Positions 4,158 through 14,075 of a stretch of DNA of 49,179 nucleotides are shown here, piece after piece. The position numbers were made by a program, and so were the translations under genes. Numbering within the stretch: position 1 is the stretch's first letter; every line of letters starts with the position of its first letter. This DNA is from Myxococcales bacterium (lineage in GTDB: Bacteria > Myxococcota_A > Bradymonadia > UBA4248). The stretch lies in contig SFMP01000064.1 in assembly GCA_004554395.1 (NCBI GenBank), forward strand, positions 1 through 49,179, in the 5' to 3' direction. A model generated the notes under the pieces. The model searched no databases. It saw nothing but the letters and a program-made list of their open reading frames with translations, and had not been told where the DNA came from.

Positions 4158-6563
4158 CGGAGATTTTCGGCGGCGTAGGGCGAACGAGAGGCCGAGGGTG
4201 AGAGCGATTAGAGCGGCGCCAGGTGTTTTGGCGTGTCGCGGAGTGGCGGCGCAGTCGCTGGATGAAGTGGAGACGGAAGGATTGTCGGGGTTTTGATCGT
4301 CGGTGGTGGGTGGGAGTTCGTCGCCGGGTTTGTAGGGTTCGATTTTGATGGCGTCGAAGACGAATCGTTGGCCGTTGGAGGCGGAGGAAGTGAAGGAGTC
4401 GTCGGAGAGTTTGACGTATTGTTCGGTGCCTTCGGCGAGGTCGTATGTGCCTAGGGTGACCCATCCGGATTGGTCGACGTTTGAGATGGTGGCTTTGTGG
4501 AGGGAACCGGAGGCCATGACGGAGTACTGTGCGGAGTCGACGACGTTTCCGATGCCGTATTCGACGTATGCGCGGATGGTGTATTTGCCGGGTTTTGTGA
4601 CGTTTAAGTGCCAAGTTCCGATGGCGTTATTGGTGCCGGATGTGTTGACGGTTGCATAGAATAGATGGTCGTCGTATCCGTAGGTGGAGAGTTGTGACCA
4701 GACGACGTTTGAGCGTTCGAAGCATGGGTCGAGCTCGTCGATGATGGTGGATTCGCGGCCGTCGATGGCGAGGATGCATGATTTGGAGCCGGAGGAGGAG
4801 GCGTTTGGAATGCATGCGCCGAATCGGCAGATTTCGTTTTCGTCGCAGTTTTTGTTTGGCGAGAAGTGTCGGCAGGCGTCGTCGCCGAAGAAGCCGCAGA
4901 CCGTGTATGTGGTTTCGTCGGTGCAACGCGTTTCGCCTTCTATGCATTCGTGTTGGCAGGAAGGATTGTCGTCGGCGACGCATTCGCCGTTTTTGCATTT
5001 TTGGTCAGGGTTGCAGTGAGAGAGTTCGGACCAGTCGAGGCAGCTGTCGTCGTCGAATGAACCGCATGTGTGGTAGCTGCCTTCGGAGACGCATTCTTTG
5101 TCGCCGATTTTTTGGCAATCGTCGGTGCATTGTGGTGGTTTTTCGTCGGGAATGCAGACGCCGTTTTTGCAAGTGGTGTCGTTGGGGCAAGCGGTGATGT
5201 TTGACCATTCGAGGCAGCCATCGCCGTTGAAATCGCCGCATTTTTTGTACCCGTTGCCGTCGCATTGGAGTTCGTCTTTTGCGGTGCATTGATTTGTACA
5301 CGTGACGGCGTCGACGAATTTGATGGCGTCGAAGACGATGACTTTTTTTGCGGTTTGGACGTATGTTTCGCCGGTGGCGTCGCTGAGTTTAATCCATTGG
5401 TCGCCGCCTTTTGCGAAGTTGAATTTTCCGAGCGATACCCAACCGTTTTTTTGGCTCATGTCGAGTGTGACTTTGTGTTCGGAGCCAGAAGCGCGGATGA
5501 CGTATGGTGCTTTGCTCGTCATGGAGTCGCCGCCTTTTGCGACGCTAGAGTCGATATAGGCTTGGACCTCGTAGAGGCCTGGGCGTGTGACGTTGACGGT
5601 CCATTTTCCGATGGCTTCGGCGGGGTTTGCCCATCCGTAGGTGAAGTAGAGGTGGCCGGCGTGGCCTTTGGCTTCTTCGTACCAGGATTCGACGGAGGAC
5701 CGCGAGAAGCATGGGTCTTTGTCGTCGATGATGGTGCCGGATTTAGAGAGCGTCGTTTCGCATTTGACTTCTGTGTTGGCGTTTTCGCCTGGGATGGATG
5801 CGGCGGCTTGAACGCAGCTGCCGGTCGTTTTGACGATATCGATATCGGAACCGTAGAAGAATTTGACGATTTTAACCCAGTTATAGCCGCGTTTAGAGGC
5901 TAGGCATGAGGCGCCGTTTTGCGACATAGTTCCGCGGTTTGCGTAGTTTTTGGGGTTTACCCATCCTTGAGAGGATTGCGTGACGTTGTCGCCGGATTTT
6001 CCTTCGTTATAGGTGACGTATTTTTGTTGCCAAGTGTAGCAAGATGCGGAGGTGTCGCCTTTGTCGATGCATTTGTCGTTGAGGCATGTGTTTTTGCTCC
6101 CCGAGACGTAGAAGGCGCACAGCGTGGTGTTTTTATAGCGCAGAATCATGCCGCTCGTATCGTTTGCGGCGGCTTTGCAGAGTCCGAGTCTGGAATCGGC
6201 ACGACCGTTACACGAGTAGACTTGGACGGCTTGGCTATCGCCGATGGGGTTTGAAGCGGTACCTTTACCGCCGCCGAGATTGTGATAGGCGACGGAACGT
6301 GCGGCGACGGCTTGTGAACGTAGGGCTTGTTCGGGTGCGCCGCCGTTTTCGCAGCACGTGACATTTGGCACGTAGTCGGTTTCCATGTCGACGGTGCCTT
6401 TGTTGGCGACGACGATGCTGCAGTAGGCGTTGAGAGGTGCGCGAGTGGCGACGATGTCGCGCATTTCGCACATTTTTTCTTGGCATGAATCTTCTTCGGC
6501 GCAGCCACATGCTAAGGCGCTTAAGAGGCTCAATAAGATGAATCGTTTGATTGTCGTGCGCAT
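4140..6563 (-). CDS. Secreted/lipoprotein: SpoIID/LytB-like domain, two golvesin/CBM-like beta-sandwich domains, Cys-rich repeats, MYXO-CTERM-like tail
   Basis: GAGGAG RBS. Signal and lipobox-like LSALACGC. ...PEQALRSQAVAARSVAY...QVYSC resembles SpoIID. Two ...GKWTVNVTRPGLYEV.A.../...FDAIKF modules. Three to four CxxxxxxCDG..Y..CG.F..D.C..WS....C repeats. The C-terminus is SSSDCAA...ALIALTLGLSFALRRRK. Confidence 0.85.
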   Translation of the reverse strand: MRTTIKRFILLSLLSALACGCAEEDSCQEKMCEMRDIVATRAPLNAYCSIVVANKGTVDMETDYVPNVTCCENGGAPEQALRSQAVAARSVAYHNLGGGKGTASNPIGDSQAVQVYSCNGRADSRLGLCKAAANDTSGMILRYKNTTLCAFYVSGSKNTCLNDKCIDKGDTSASCYTWQQKYVTYNEGKSGDNVTQSSQGWVNPKNYANRGTMSQNGASCLASKRGYNWVKIVKFFYGSDIDIVKTTGSCVQAAASIPGENANTEVKCETTLSKSGTIIDDKDPCFSRSSVESWYEEAKGHAGHLYFTYGWANPAEAIGKWTVNVTRPGLYEVQAYIDSSVAKGGDSMTSKAPYVIRASGSEHKVTLDMSQKNGWVSLGKFNFAKGGDQWIKLSDATGETYVQTAKKVIVFDAIKFVDAVTCTNQCTAKDELQCDGNGYKKCGDFNGDGCLEWSNITACPNDTTCKNGVCIPDEKPPQCTDDCQKIGDKECVSEGSYHTCGSFDDDSCLDWSELSHCNPDQKCKNGECVADDNPSCQHECIEGETRCTDETTYTVCGFFGDDACRHFSPNKNCDENEICRFGACIPNASSSGSKSCILAIDGRESTIIDELDPCFERSNVVWSQLSTYGYDDHLFYATVNTSGTNNAIGTWHLNVTKPGKYTIRAYVEYGIGNVVDSAQYSVMASGSLHKATISNVDQSGWVTLGTYDLAEGTEQYVKLSDDSFTSSASNGQRFVFDAIKIEPYKPGDELPPTTDDQNPDNPSVSTSSSDCAATPRHAKTPGAALIALTLGLSFALRRRKSPPIAHR

Positions 6564-7108
6564 GGATAACTCCTCGATGTTTTAGATGGTGGTTCGGACA
6601 CACTTTACTTCGATGATAGCACATTGGTTTTGTGAATGCCGATGATTTGGAGCATTTTTTTGGCGTTTTTGGGTGTAGCGCATCAATCACCGTACATCTT
6701 GCCTACGTCTTCGATGTACGGGGTTATGGACAGTGGCGGCTTCCAGCCGCTTGTGTGGGGGGGGCTCTGCGTCAACGCCTACGGCGAGCGCAGAGCTGAG
6801 GAAAAGGTGAAACAGGTGAAATAGGGTGTATACGAGAGCGTGGCAAACCGCTATAATTGGGGCAAAATGGTCATAAAGTAGGTCCTAATGTTCATCATCA
6901 TGGCCCAATGGAAGCATAGTCAGAGAGGGAAAATTGTCTCAAGTTATACCTAACCCCTAACCACGAAAGTGTCCTTGACACGGGGGACACTTCACACTGC
7001 GTTGGGCAGGCGCATGGTGAGGCGTCGGTTGTCGGTCGTCGGATTCGATTGGCGGGCGCATGTGGATGGGCATTGCATATCGAAACAGTTTAGCGGAGGA
7101 GTGATGTC

Positions 7109-8347
7109 ATGTTGTCGGCGACGATACGATCGTTATTGATTTATTTGTGGAAGAGCAACATTTGCCAGAACAAGGGATTGCAGGGGTTGATGGCGTCGCA
7201 GGGGGCTGCGGATGTGGAGGCGTTTTGGTCACAGAAGCAGGGGGTTCATCGTTTGCCATCGATTGAGAAAGCCGTTGACGAGGTGAAGGGGTATGAGTTC
7301 GAGATGGAATCGAAGAATATTCAATTATTGACGCCAGTTGATGAACATCATGCGTATCCGCTTGGATTATTGCCGTTGTTTCCGATTCCGAGTGTCATCG
7401 CCGTATGTGGCGATGTGAAGTATTTGACGATGCCGCAAGTGGCGATAGTTGGGAGTCGTTCGACGCTGGAGTCGGCGTATGATGTGACGCATAGTATTGT
7501 AGATGCGATTGCATCGCGAGGATTGTGCGTGACGAGTGGTGGAGCGTTTGGGATCGATGCGATAGCGCACCGTCGCGCGATGGCTCGTCGAGCGCCGACA
7601 ATCGTCGTGTCGCCAGGCGCGCCCGAGTCGCCTGGGCCGTCGAAGAATGAGGATATTTATGCGTATGCGCGTGAACATGGGGCGATTGTGAGCCAGTATC
7701 CGTGTGGATTTGCGCCATTGAAGCGGAATTTTCCATCGAGAAATCGGATAATCGCTGCATTATCTTCGGCGACGATTATCGTCCATTGCCGGGAGAAGAG
7801 TGGGGCACTTTATACGGCGCAGGCTGCGCAAAAGTTGGGTAAACCGGTCTATGTTGCCGCTATGCGCGGTATGCATCCGTTGACCGAAGGTGGGCTTGCG
7901 CTCGTGAAACAGGGGAAAGCCCTTTTGTTGTCGGATTGCGCCGATTTGGAGCCGATTATTGGCAAAAAACAGCGAGACTTGCCTTTGCAGAAAATGCTCT
8001 TCGATAGGGGAGATGCCGAAGAAAATGCTGCGGCTATGGTAGATGAGGATATGGAATGCGACGAGGATGGAGATGAATCGAGAACAGAAGCGGCGGTGGC
8101 GAATGGATTTGGGATGTCTTCGAATCTGATGCCGAGTGCTTTGGATGCGTTTTGTCGGGCACAGATGAGGGATCATTCGACGGTCGATGTGATACGGAAT
8201 ATATTGCGACAGAGCCCGATGACGCGGGAGAATTTGCGGCATTTGTTGGGGTATCCGGAGGATTTCGATGAGGCGATGTTGGATTTAGAATTAGGGGGTG
8301 AGATAGCGCAGACGGGTGGGGCTTATGGACTTGTGTTGACTCACTGA
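7109..8347 (+). CDS. dprA: DNA-processing protein DprA/Smf
   Basis: GGAGGAG RBS. IVGSRSTLESAYDVT...VTSGGAFGIDAIAHRRAM...FPSRNRIIAALS...HCREKSGALYTAQAAQKLGKPVYV matches the DprA Rossmann-like core. Confidence 0.9.
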   Translation: MLSATIRSLLIYLWKSNICQNKGLQGLMASQGAADVEAFWSQKQGVHRLPSIEKAVDEVKGYEFEMESKNIQLLTPVDEHHAYPLGLLPLFPIPSVIAVCGDVKYLTMPQVAIVGSRSTLESAYDVTHSIVDAIASRGLCVTSGGAFGIDAIAHRRAMARRAPTIVVSPGAPESPGPSKNEDIYAYAREHGAIVSQYPCGFAPLKRNFPSRNRIIAALSSATIIVHCREKSGALYTAQAAQKLGKPVYVAAMRGMHPLTEGGLALVKQGKALLLSDCADLEPIIGKKQRDLPLQKMLFDRGDAEENAAAMVDEDMECDEDGDESRTEAAVANGFGMSSNLMPSALDAFCRAQMRDHSTVDVIRNILRQSPMTRENLRHLLGYPEDFDEAMLDLELGGEIAQTGGAYGLVLTH

Positions 8348-8520
8348 TTGCCATTTTTGGGAAAAGGAATGTGGTCAATACTTGAAAAGGCGGAGGAATC
8401 CCCATATAAAGCGGTTGTTTTGCGTCGTTGAAAAGGCGTATTTGGCGGTGTATTCGTTCAGATACGGCTTTTTTGCGATAGACGACGTCGATAGCATTGC
8501 ATGGATAAAGAGGTAATCCC

Positions 8521-10824
8521 ATGAAAAAAACTCAGGCTCGGTGGTTTGTACTTTGTCTTGCGGCAGCATGTTTTACGGGCTGTGGCGACGATAGCAACGA
8601 TTCAACGGTTTCTTGCAAAGACATGAAATGCCCAGCGGGCACGACGTGTAACGAAAAAACGGCTACGTGCGATCCTGTGGTGGATAAATGCCAAGACGTG
8701 AAATGCGATTCGGGTAAGGTTTGCGATCCAGCGACAGGTGACTGCAAGGGTGCGACGTCGGACAAATGTCAAGACGTGAAATGCGATTCGGGGAAGGTAT
8801 GTGATCCGGCGACGGGAGATTGCAAGGATGCAACGTCGGACAAATGTCAAGACGTGAAATGCGATTCGGGGAAGGTATGTGATCCGGCGACGGGAGATTG
8901 CAAGGATGCGACGTCGGACAAATGCAAAGACGTGAAATGCGATTCGGGGCAGACTTGTAACCCCGAAACTGGGAAATGCGAAGGCGAAGCAAAGCCTGGA
9001 AAGTGTGATGGCGTGACGTGTGGTGCGGGTGAGGTTTGCAATCCGTCGACGGGAAAATGCGAAGGTGAAGCCTCGTGTACGGACGACAAAGATTGCAAGT
9101 GGGATCCCGATAAGTATACGGAAACGGAGTATTGCAATAAAACGACGGGTAAATGCGAAAACTCAAAATGCCAAGGTAAAACGTGGAATAAGGATTACCA
9201 GTATTGTTCGGTGACGGGGATAGTTCAGTGCTATCCTGGATATTGCGATAATAGCGGTATGACGGGTTGTGCATGTGATGGGGAGTGCAATCTCGAAACA
9301 CATCGTTGTGCGAGCACGTGTGAGGAGATCGAGGGCAATATCGTCATCAATGGAAGCTTCGAAGATTGGACGAGTGGAAAGCTCGATGCGTGGGAGCTTA
9401 AACAAAATACGGTGACTGCGGGGGGAAAGGTAGAGAAGAGCACACACGCCAGTGCGTGCAAAACGGCGGTGAAGCTGACGAGTACTAGTATAAAGATCGA
9501 TCGGCTCGAATCTCTTCCGATGAGTTTAGGATTGCAGTCGTTTACAGGCGGAAATGCCAAGTACGAATGTACGATAGACGCGTTTGGTTATGGCAATCTC
9601 AATTTGGGGTATCGCTTGCTCGATGCCGAGGGCAAGGAGGTCAGCGAGAATACGAAAGTTAAACAGCTCGATCTTTGGGGATCGGATAGTTATAGTACGT
9701 ATGAGTTTGAGATATCGGCCGATACGACAAAAACGCCATACGCCCAGATATTGATCGGTTTCGACAGAAAGAATGATTCTGCGGCATCTGCCGAGATTAC
9801 GCTCGACAATCTCGTTTGCGTTCCAAAAGGCAATATATGCGATGGGGTGACGTGCGAAGAATGGGAAATTTGTTCGGTAAAATCCGATATTAAAGAGAAT
9901 GGCGAATTTGTCGGCAAATGCGTTGCGCGAGAAGGCTTCTGCACGATGGAAAAGACGCCAAATGGTGAGCCCAAAGATTCGTGCGACACCGAGATTTCGC
10001 AATGCAATACGACGACGCATTTGTGCGAAAAGATCGCAGGGAAATGCTTAAAGCACGAAGATTGTGCGGAAGGGCAGAAGTGCGAACTGAGTCCAAAAGC
10101 GGATGCAGATAAAAAGAACAAGTGCGTGACGGGTGATCGCTGCGAAGGCGTGACGTGCAAACCGGAGTGGCAAGCGTGCAATCCGACGAGTGGCAAGTGC
10201 ACGTTGGCTGCCGATAAGTGTTTGAAATCGATGGATTGCCCGACGAAAGAAGCGCCACTTTGCGATTATAGTACGCATACGTGCGTTGCCATGGACGCAA
10301 AAGTTGGCGATAAGCCGCTCAATATCGTACCCAATGGCGGATTTGAAGAATGGGAAGAGGTTACATTTGGCGGGGAGACGTCATACATCTTGCCGGTTAG
10401 CTGGTTTGGAACGGAATACAAGATTTATCCGACGCACCTCGTGACCGAATTCGATCCGAAAAACGTGCTTGAGTACACGAAGAACGTCCACGGCGGAACG
10501 AAAGCGTTGCAACTCGTCTATGCCAAAGACAAGCAATCGAAACGGTTTAGTTCTGAAGGCTTCGATGTTTCGTCGGTAGGAACGAGTTACGATTGTTCGT
10601 ACTTCGTGCGCGGTAAAGGTAGTGTACGCATTCACTCCTTTAGCTCGCTCGGCGATATGACGAAGACGGAGTTTACACATATCGACTCGGAAGAGTGGAC
10701 GCGTATCCCGTTCTCGATTAAGGGAGGCACGGACTTGCGTCTCGTGTTCTATGTCGGCAGCACCGATGCGTCGAAAGATCACATCCAGATCGACGACGTG
10801 AGCTGCGTCAAATGGACTTATTAG
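8521..10824 (+). CDS. Lipoprotein with tandem Cys-rich 26-aa repeats and two CBM4/9-like domains
   Basis: AAGAGG RBS and lipobox LAAACFTGC. CQDVKCDSGKVCDPATGDCK(G/D)ATSDK occurs three times plus variants. Two NIV(I/P)NG(S/G)FE(D/E)W... modules are present. Confidence 0.85.
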   Translation: MKKTQARWFVLCLAAACFTGCGDDSNDSTVSCKDMKCPAGTTCNEKTATCDPVVDKCQDVKCDSGKVCDPATGDCKGATSDKCQDVKCDSGKVCDPATGDCKDATSDKCQDVKCDSGKVCDPATGDCKDATSDKCKDVKCDSGQTCNPETGKCEGEAKPGKCDGVTCGAGEVCNPSTGKCEGEASCTDDKDCKWDPDKYTETEYCNKTTGKCENSKCQGKTWNKDYQYCSVTGIVQCYPGYCDNSGMTGCACDGECNLETHRCASTCEEIEGNIVINGSFEDWTSGKLDAWELKQNTVTAGGKVEKSTHASACKTAVKLTSTSIKIDRLESLPMSLGLQSFTGGNAKYECTIDAFGYGNLNLGYRLLDAEGKEVSENTKVKQLDLWGSDSYSTYEFEISADTTKTPYAQILIGFDRKNDSAASAEITLDNLVCVPKGNICDGVTCEEWEICSVKSDIKENGEFVGKCVAREGFCTMEKTPNGEPKDSCDTEISQCNTTTHLCEKIAGKCLKHEDCAEGQKCELSPKADADKKNKCVTGDRCEGVTCKPEWQACNPTSGKCTLAADKCLKSMDCPTKEAPLCDYSTHTCVAMDAKVGDKPLNIVPNGGFEEWEEVTFGGETSYILPVSWFGTEYKIYPTHLVTEFDPKNVLEYTKNVHGGTKALQLVYAKDKQSKRFSSEGFDVSSVGTSYDCSYFVRGKGSVRIHSFSSLGDMTKTEFTHIDSEEWTRIPFSIKGGTDLRLVFYVGSTDASKDHIQIDDVSCVKWTY
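8689..9000. repeat. 78-bp in-frame tandem repeat, 3 near-identical units plus 1 diverged unit
   Basis: Units are 8689-8766, 8767-8844, 8845-8922 and 8923-9000. Units 2 and 3 differ at a single position that I could see. Confidence 0.9.
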
Positions 10825-10840
10825 AAGAACAACACACTCT

Positions 10841-13402
10841 ATGATACTTCAACGTGATATCGCTTCGGTGAACCCCGAAGCGTTGCTTGTGCGATATGTC
10901 GATGAAGTCAAAGCCGCCGTCGCAGGCGACGGCTCGACGAAATCGGCTTCTCATGCCAACCTCGATTGGCCCATTCTCTTAGAAGCGATAGCGCAAAACG
11001 CGAAGAGCGACGCATCGCAAGAATTGATTCGGCATATACCGTTGCTATCAGATGATGAAATCATCGCGCGTCGGTTTGGCGAAATCGATCAGATCATTGG
11101 GCTCATCGATGCGGGCGATGTGCCGGTAGCGGTACACGTCGAAGATATCGACGACATTTTGTTACGTGCGGAGCGCGGAGTCGTCTTAGATGGCGAAGAT
11201 TTGCTCAAAGTCGCCGCCAATATGTCGACGTTTTATGCGGTTCGTCGATTTTATGAATTGCGCCAAGATGAGGCGAAATATTTATGGGATTATGCGCAAG
11301 ATATCGTGATTCATCGCGATGTAGAGCGCAAGATCGCGGCATCGTTTGATGCGGATGGAAAGATCGTCGACGATGCGTCGCCGGAATTATCGAGCTTGCG
11401 CGAGCGATCGCGGCGATTGTCGGATAGCTTGCGAACGCGTATCGAAGCCAAATTGGCGGCTAGCGATATACAAGATATCATTCAGGATAAGTATTATACG
11501 TTGCGCGAGGGGCGTTATGTTTTGCCGATAAAAGCGGCGGAACGGAGCAAACTCAGTGGGATAGTTCACGCCACGAGCGCGTCGGGTCAGACTGTATTTA
11601 TCGAGCCCGCCGAACTCGTCGAGCTCAACAACGCGTTGCGAATGACCGATTTTTCGATCGAAGCAGAGGAGCAGAAGATCCTCCAAAGTCTCACGCAGCG
11701 CGTTGGTGCATTGCGCCAAAATATGCTCGATAATGCGCGTCGCGCTTATTATATCGATGTAGCACAAGCTGTTGCACAGTTTGCGATTTTGTGCAACTGC
11801 CATATCCCCCAAATGAGTGCAGGCGAAATCGAGCTCTATCAAGCGCGTCACCCGTTACTGGCTTTGCGCAAAGCCCTCGACGCCGATCAAATCGTCGTCG
11901 CCAACGACATCATGCTCATCGATCCGGCTCGAACATTTGTCATCAGCGGTGCGAATGCGGGTGGGAAGACGGTCAATCTCAAGACGGTTGGTCTATTTGC
12001 TTTGATGATCAAGGCAGGGATTCCGATTTGTGCGGGTGCGTCGTCGTGTTTTCCGATATTCGAGACGGTATTTGCCGATATCGGCGATGATCAGTCGATA
12101 GCACAGAATATATCGACGTTTTCGGCGCACGTTCAGAGCATATCACATGCCTTGCCCAAAGCGAATGCGCGTGCGTTGTATTTGCTCGACGAGCCATTTA
12201 GCGGCACGGATCCGGAACATGCGTCGCCGCTCGTACTGAGTTTGACGACGTATTTGCACGACAAAGGCGCGACGACATTTTTGACGACGCATTTTGAGAA
12301 CGTGAAAGCGTTTGCGCTCGAGACGCCGTGGATCGCATCGGCGAGTGTCAGTTTCGACATGGTGCAGATGAAGCCGACGTATCATCTTCAGAATGGGCAT
12401 CCGGGGACTTCGGCGGCATTTGAAATCGCTAGCCAGCATGGATTGCCCGACGAAATCGTGTTGCATGCTCGCGATATCTACGACGAAAAGGCGACGAGCC
12501 ATCTCGAACACGCCATTGCCGAAATCGAAAAACAGCGTTTGATGCTCGAAGATGCGCGTCGGGTCGTCGAACAGACCCAAGCCGAACTCGAAACACAGAA
12601 AAAAGAAGTCGAAGAATTGCGCGAGAAGATGCGTGCAAAAGTCGCCTCGGAGCTCGGCCATGACGTCGAAACGACTTTGAATAATATTCAGAAGATCAAG
12701 TCATCGATAAGTAAACTTCGGAGAAAGACGTTTTCGCACGAATTTCGGACTCAAACAGAGGTTCAAGAAGAAATATCGCGCGAAACTTCTGCGTTGCAAG
12801 AAGACCTTAGAAAGCAAGAGAGTGAGCTTTCGAAGCTGACGGCTCCACCGTTTAAGCCGTTGCCAGAGCGCGAAATCGCGATAGGTAAAACAGTACAGAT
12901 TCGCCAGTATCGTAAAAATGCGACGATATTGGCGCGATCGGGGACACACGTGACGCTCCAACTTGGGATATTGCAGGTCCATGCGTCGATCCACGATTTG
13001 GGAGCGCCTATCGTCGCGCCGAAAGCGCCCGAGACGGCGCGTCAACGCCGGATAAAGAATTCGAAACCGATGGAGACGTCTATCGAAGGTGCACAGCTCG
13101 ACAATTCCCAGCTCATCGACGAGACGACGCAACGACCGATTATGGCGCAGATCTCGGAGAATACCCTCGATTTGCGAGGTATGACGAGCGACGATGCGAT
13201 CGAGAAGACGGAGTTTTTTCTCCAGTCGATGCACATACGCGAGCAGGCGATGTGCTATATCATCCATGGTCACGGGACAGGCGTGTTGAAGTCGTGCATT
13301 CGCCAATACCTCGCCAAATCGCCGCTCGTCGTTGCGACGCGCCCAGGTCAATATTACGAGGGTGGCGATGGTGTGACATTGGCTTGGCTTCGCATGGTGT
13401 GA
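10841..13402 (+). CDS. mutS2: Endonuclease MutS2 (MutS domain V ATPase plus C-terminal Smr)
   Basis: Walker A ISGANAGGKTVNLKTVGL, LLDEPFSGTDP, long coiled-coil region, and an Smr end LDLRGMTSDDAIEKTEFFL...IIHGHGTGVLK. Confidence 0.93.
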   Translation: MILQRDIASVNPEALLVRYVDEVKAAVAGDGSTKSASHANLDWPILLEAIAQNAKSDASQELIRHIPLLSDDEIIARRFGEIDQIIGLIDAGDVPVAVHVEDIDDILLRAERGVVLDGEDLLKVAANMSTFYAVRRFYELRQDEAKYLWDYAQDIVIHRDVERKIAASFDADGKIVDDASPELSSLRERSRRLSDSLRTRIEAKLAASDIQDIIQDKYYTLREGRYVLPIKAAERSKLSGIVHATSASGQTVFIEPAELVELNNALRMTDFSIEAEEQKILQSLTQRVGALRQNMLDNARRAYYIDVAQAVAQFAILCNCHIPQMSAGEIELYQARHPLLALRKALDADQIVVANDIMLIDPARTFVISGANAGGKTVNLKTVGLFALMIKAGIPICAGASSCFPIFETVFADIGDDQSIAQNISTFSAHVQSISHALPKANARALYLLDEPFSGTDPEHASPLVLSLTTYLHDKGATTFLTTHFENVKAFALETPWIASASVSFDMVQMKPTYHLQNGHPGTSAAFEIASQHGLPDEIVLHARDIYDEKATSHLEHAIAEIEKQRLMLEDARRVVEQTQAELETQKKEVEELREKMRAKVASELGHDVETTLNNIQKIKSSISKLRRKTFSHEFRTQTEVQEEISRETSALQEDLRKQESELSKLTAPPFKPLPEREIAIGKTVQIRQYRKNATILARSGTHVTLQLGILQVHASIHDLGAPIVAPKAPETARQRRIKNSKPMETSIEGAQLDNSQLIDETTQRPIMAQISENTLDLRGMTSDDAIEKTEFFLQSMHIREQAMCYIIHGHGTGVLKSCIRQYLAKSPLVVATRPGQYYEGGDGVTLAWLRMV

Positions 13403-13437
13403 GAAAGTGAGGGGGATTTTTTGTGTGAAATGGGCAT

Positions 13438-14037
13438 TTACCGGGAGAAAGGTTGTCCTTTTCCGAGTTCGATGATGGGAATTTTTGTGAGAGCGGATAG
13501 TTTTCGAGCGAGGGCAAAGCAGGAGTATTTATCGAAAGAGCCTTCGACGATGGGGTGCGGTGTTCCGTCGCGTTCGGCGAGGTAGAGGGCGAAGGCTTCG
13601 ATGGAGACGTTTTTGCGTCCAGGCCAAGGATAATCGATGAGACCGAAGACGAGGTGAGTGAATCGGTCGAGGTCGTAGGCGACGTAATTGCCCTTTTCGG
13701 GGAGGATGATTTGTTGGCTATAGCCGATAGTTTGCCCGATGTCGTCGTGAATGGGTTTGGGTGGTGGGAGTCGGAAGACTTCTTCGCGTTGGCGGAATGT
13801 CTTCGAGGAACGGCGGAAGCATGCGATGGCGAAGAAGAGTGCGAGTCCGAGGATGACGAATTCCCATCGATTGAAGTACCAGAATCCGGCGAGAGCGAGT
13901 CGGAAGAGTTCGAAGGCGACGATGATCGCCATGAGCCAAGCGACGAATCGCCATCGCTCTCCGATTCGTTGGCAGACTTCGACGAGTCCGATCCATTCGT
14001 CATTGCGTTTTGTCAAGATGCATCGATCATATAGCAT
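13438..14037 (-). CDS. Hypothetical membrane protein (two predicted TM helices)
   Basis: 199-aa ORF with hydrophobic segments WLMAIIVAFELFRLALAGFWYF and FVILGLALFFAIACF. Same strand as, and downstream of, typA and the lipoprotein gene. Confidence 0.6.
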   Translation of the reverse strand: MLYDRCILTKRNDEWIGLVEVCQRIGERWRFVAWLMAIIVAFELFRLALAGFWYFNRWEFVILGLALFFAIACFRRSSKTFRQREEVFRLPPPKPIHDDIGQTIGYSQQIILPEKGNYVAYDLDRFTHLVFGLIDYPWPGRKNVSIEAFALYLAERDGTPHPIVEGSFDKYSCFALARKLSALTKIPIIELGKGQPFSR

Positions 14038-14075
14038 ATATCACTCCTCATGCCGATGCACAGCTTGGCAAAGGG

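Noticed and set aside
4042-6690. Many overlapping ORFs (e.g. 4042-4614, 4627-4998, 4778-5197, 5265-5903, 6265-6690) inside or antisense to the 807-aa gene
   Set aside because: Arg/His/Pro-rich or Val/Gly/Asp-rich shadow frames are typical of off-frame reading of a real gene. The 4140-6563 frame has an RBS, a signal peptide and recognisable domains. ORF 4042-4614 also runs through the heptamer array.
6636-6824. 62-aa plus-strand ORF and a TATAAT-like box (~6853) in the dprA upstream region
   Set aside because: The ORF covers the palindromic hairpins and has no RBS. The putative -10 box lacks a convincing -35, so no promoter or gene call is justified.
13260-14003. 247-aa Ser-rich minus-strand ORF
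   Set aside because: It overlaps the 3' end of mutS2 and is out of frame with the more plausible 199-aa membrane protein (13438-14037). Its extreme Ser/Pro bias indicates a shadow frame.
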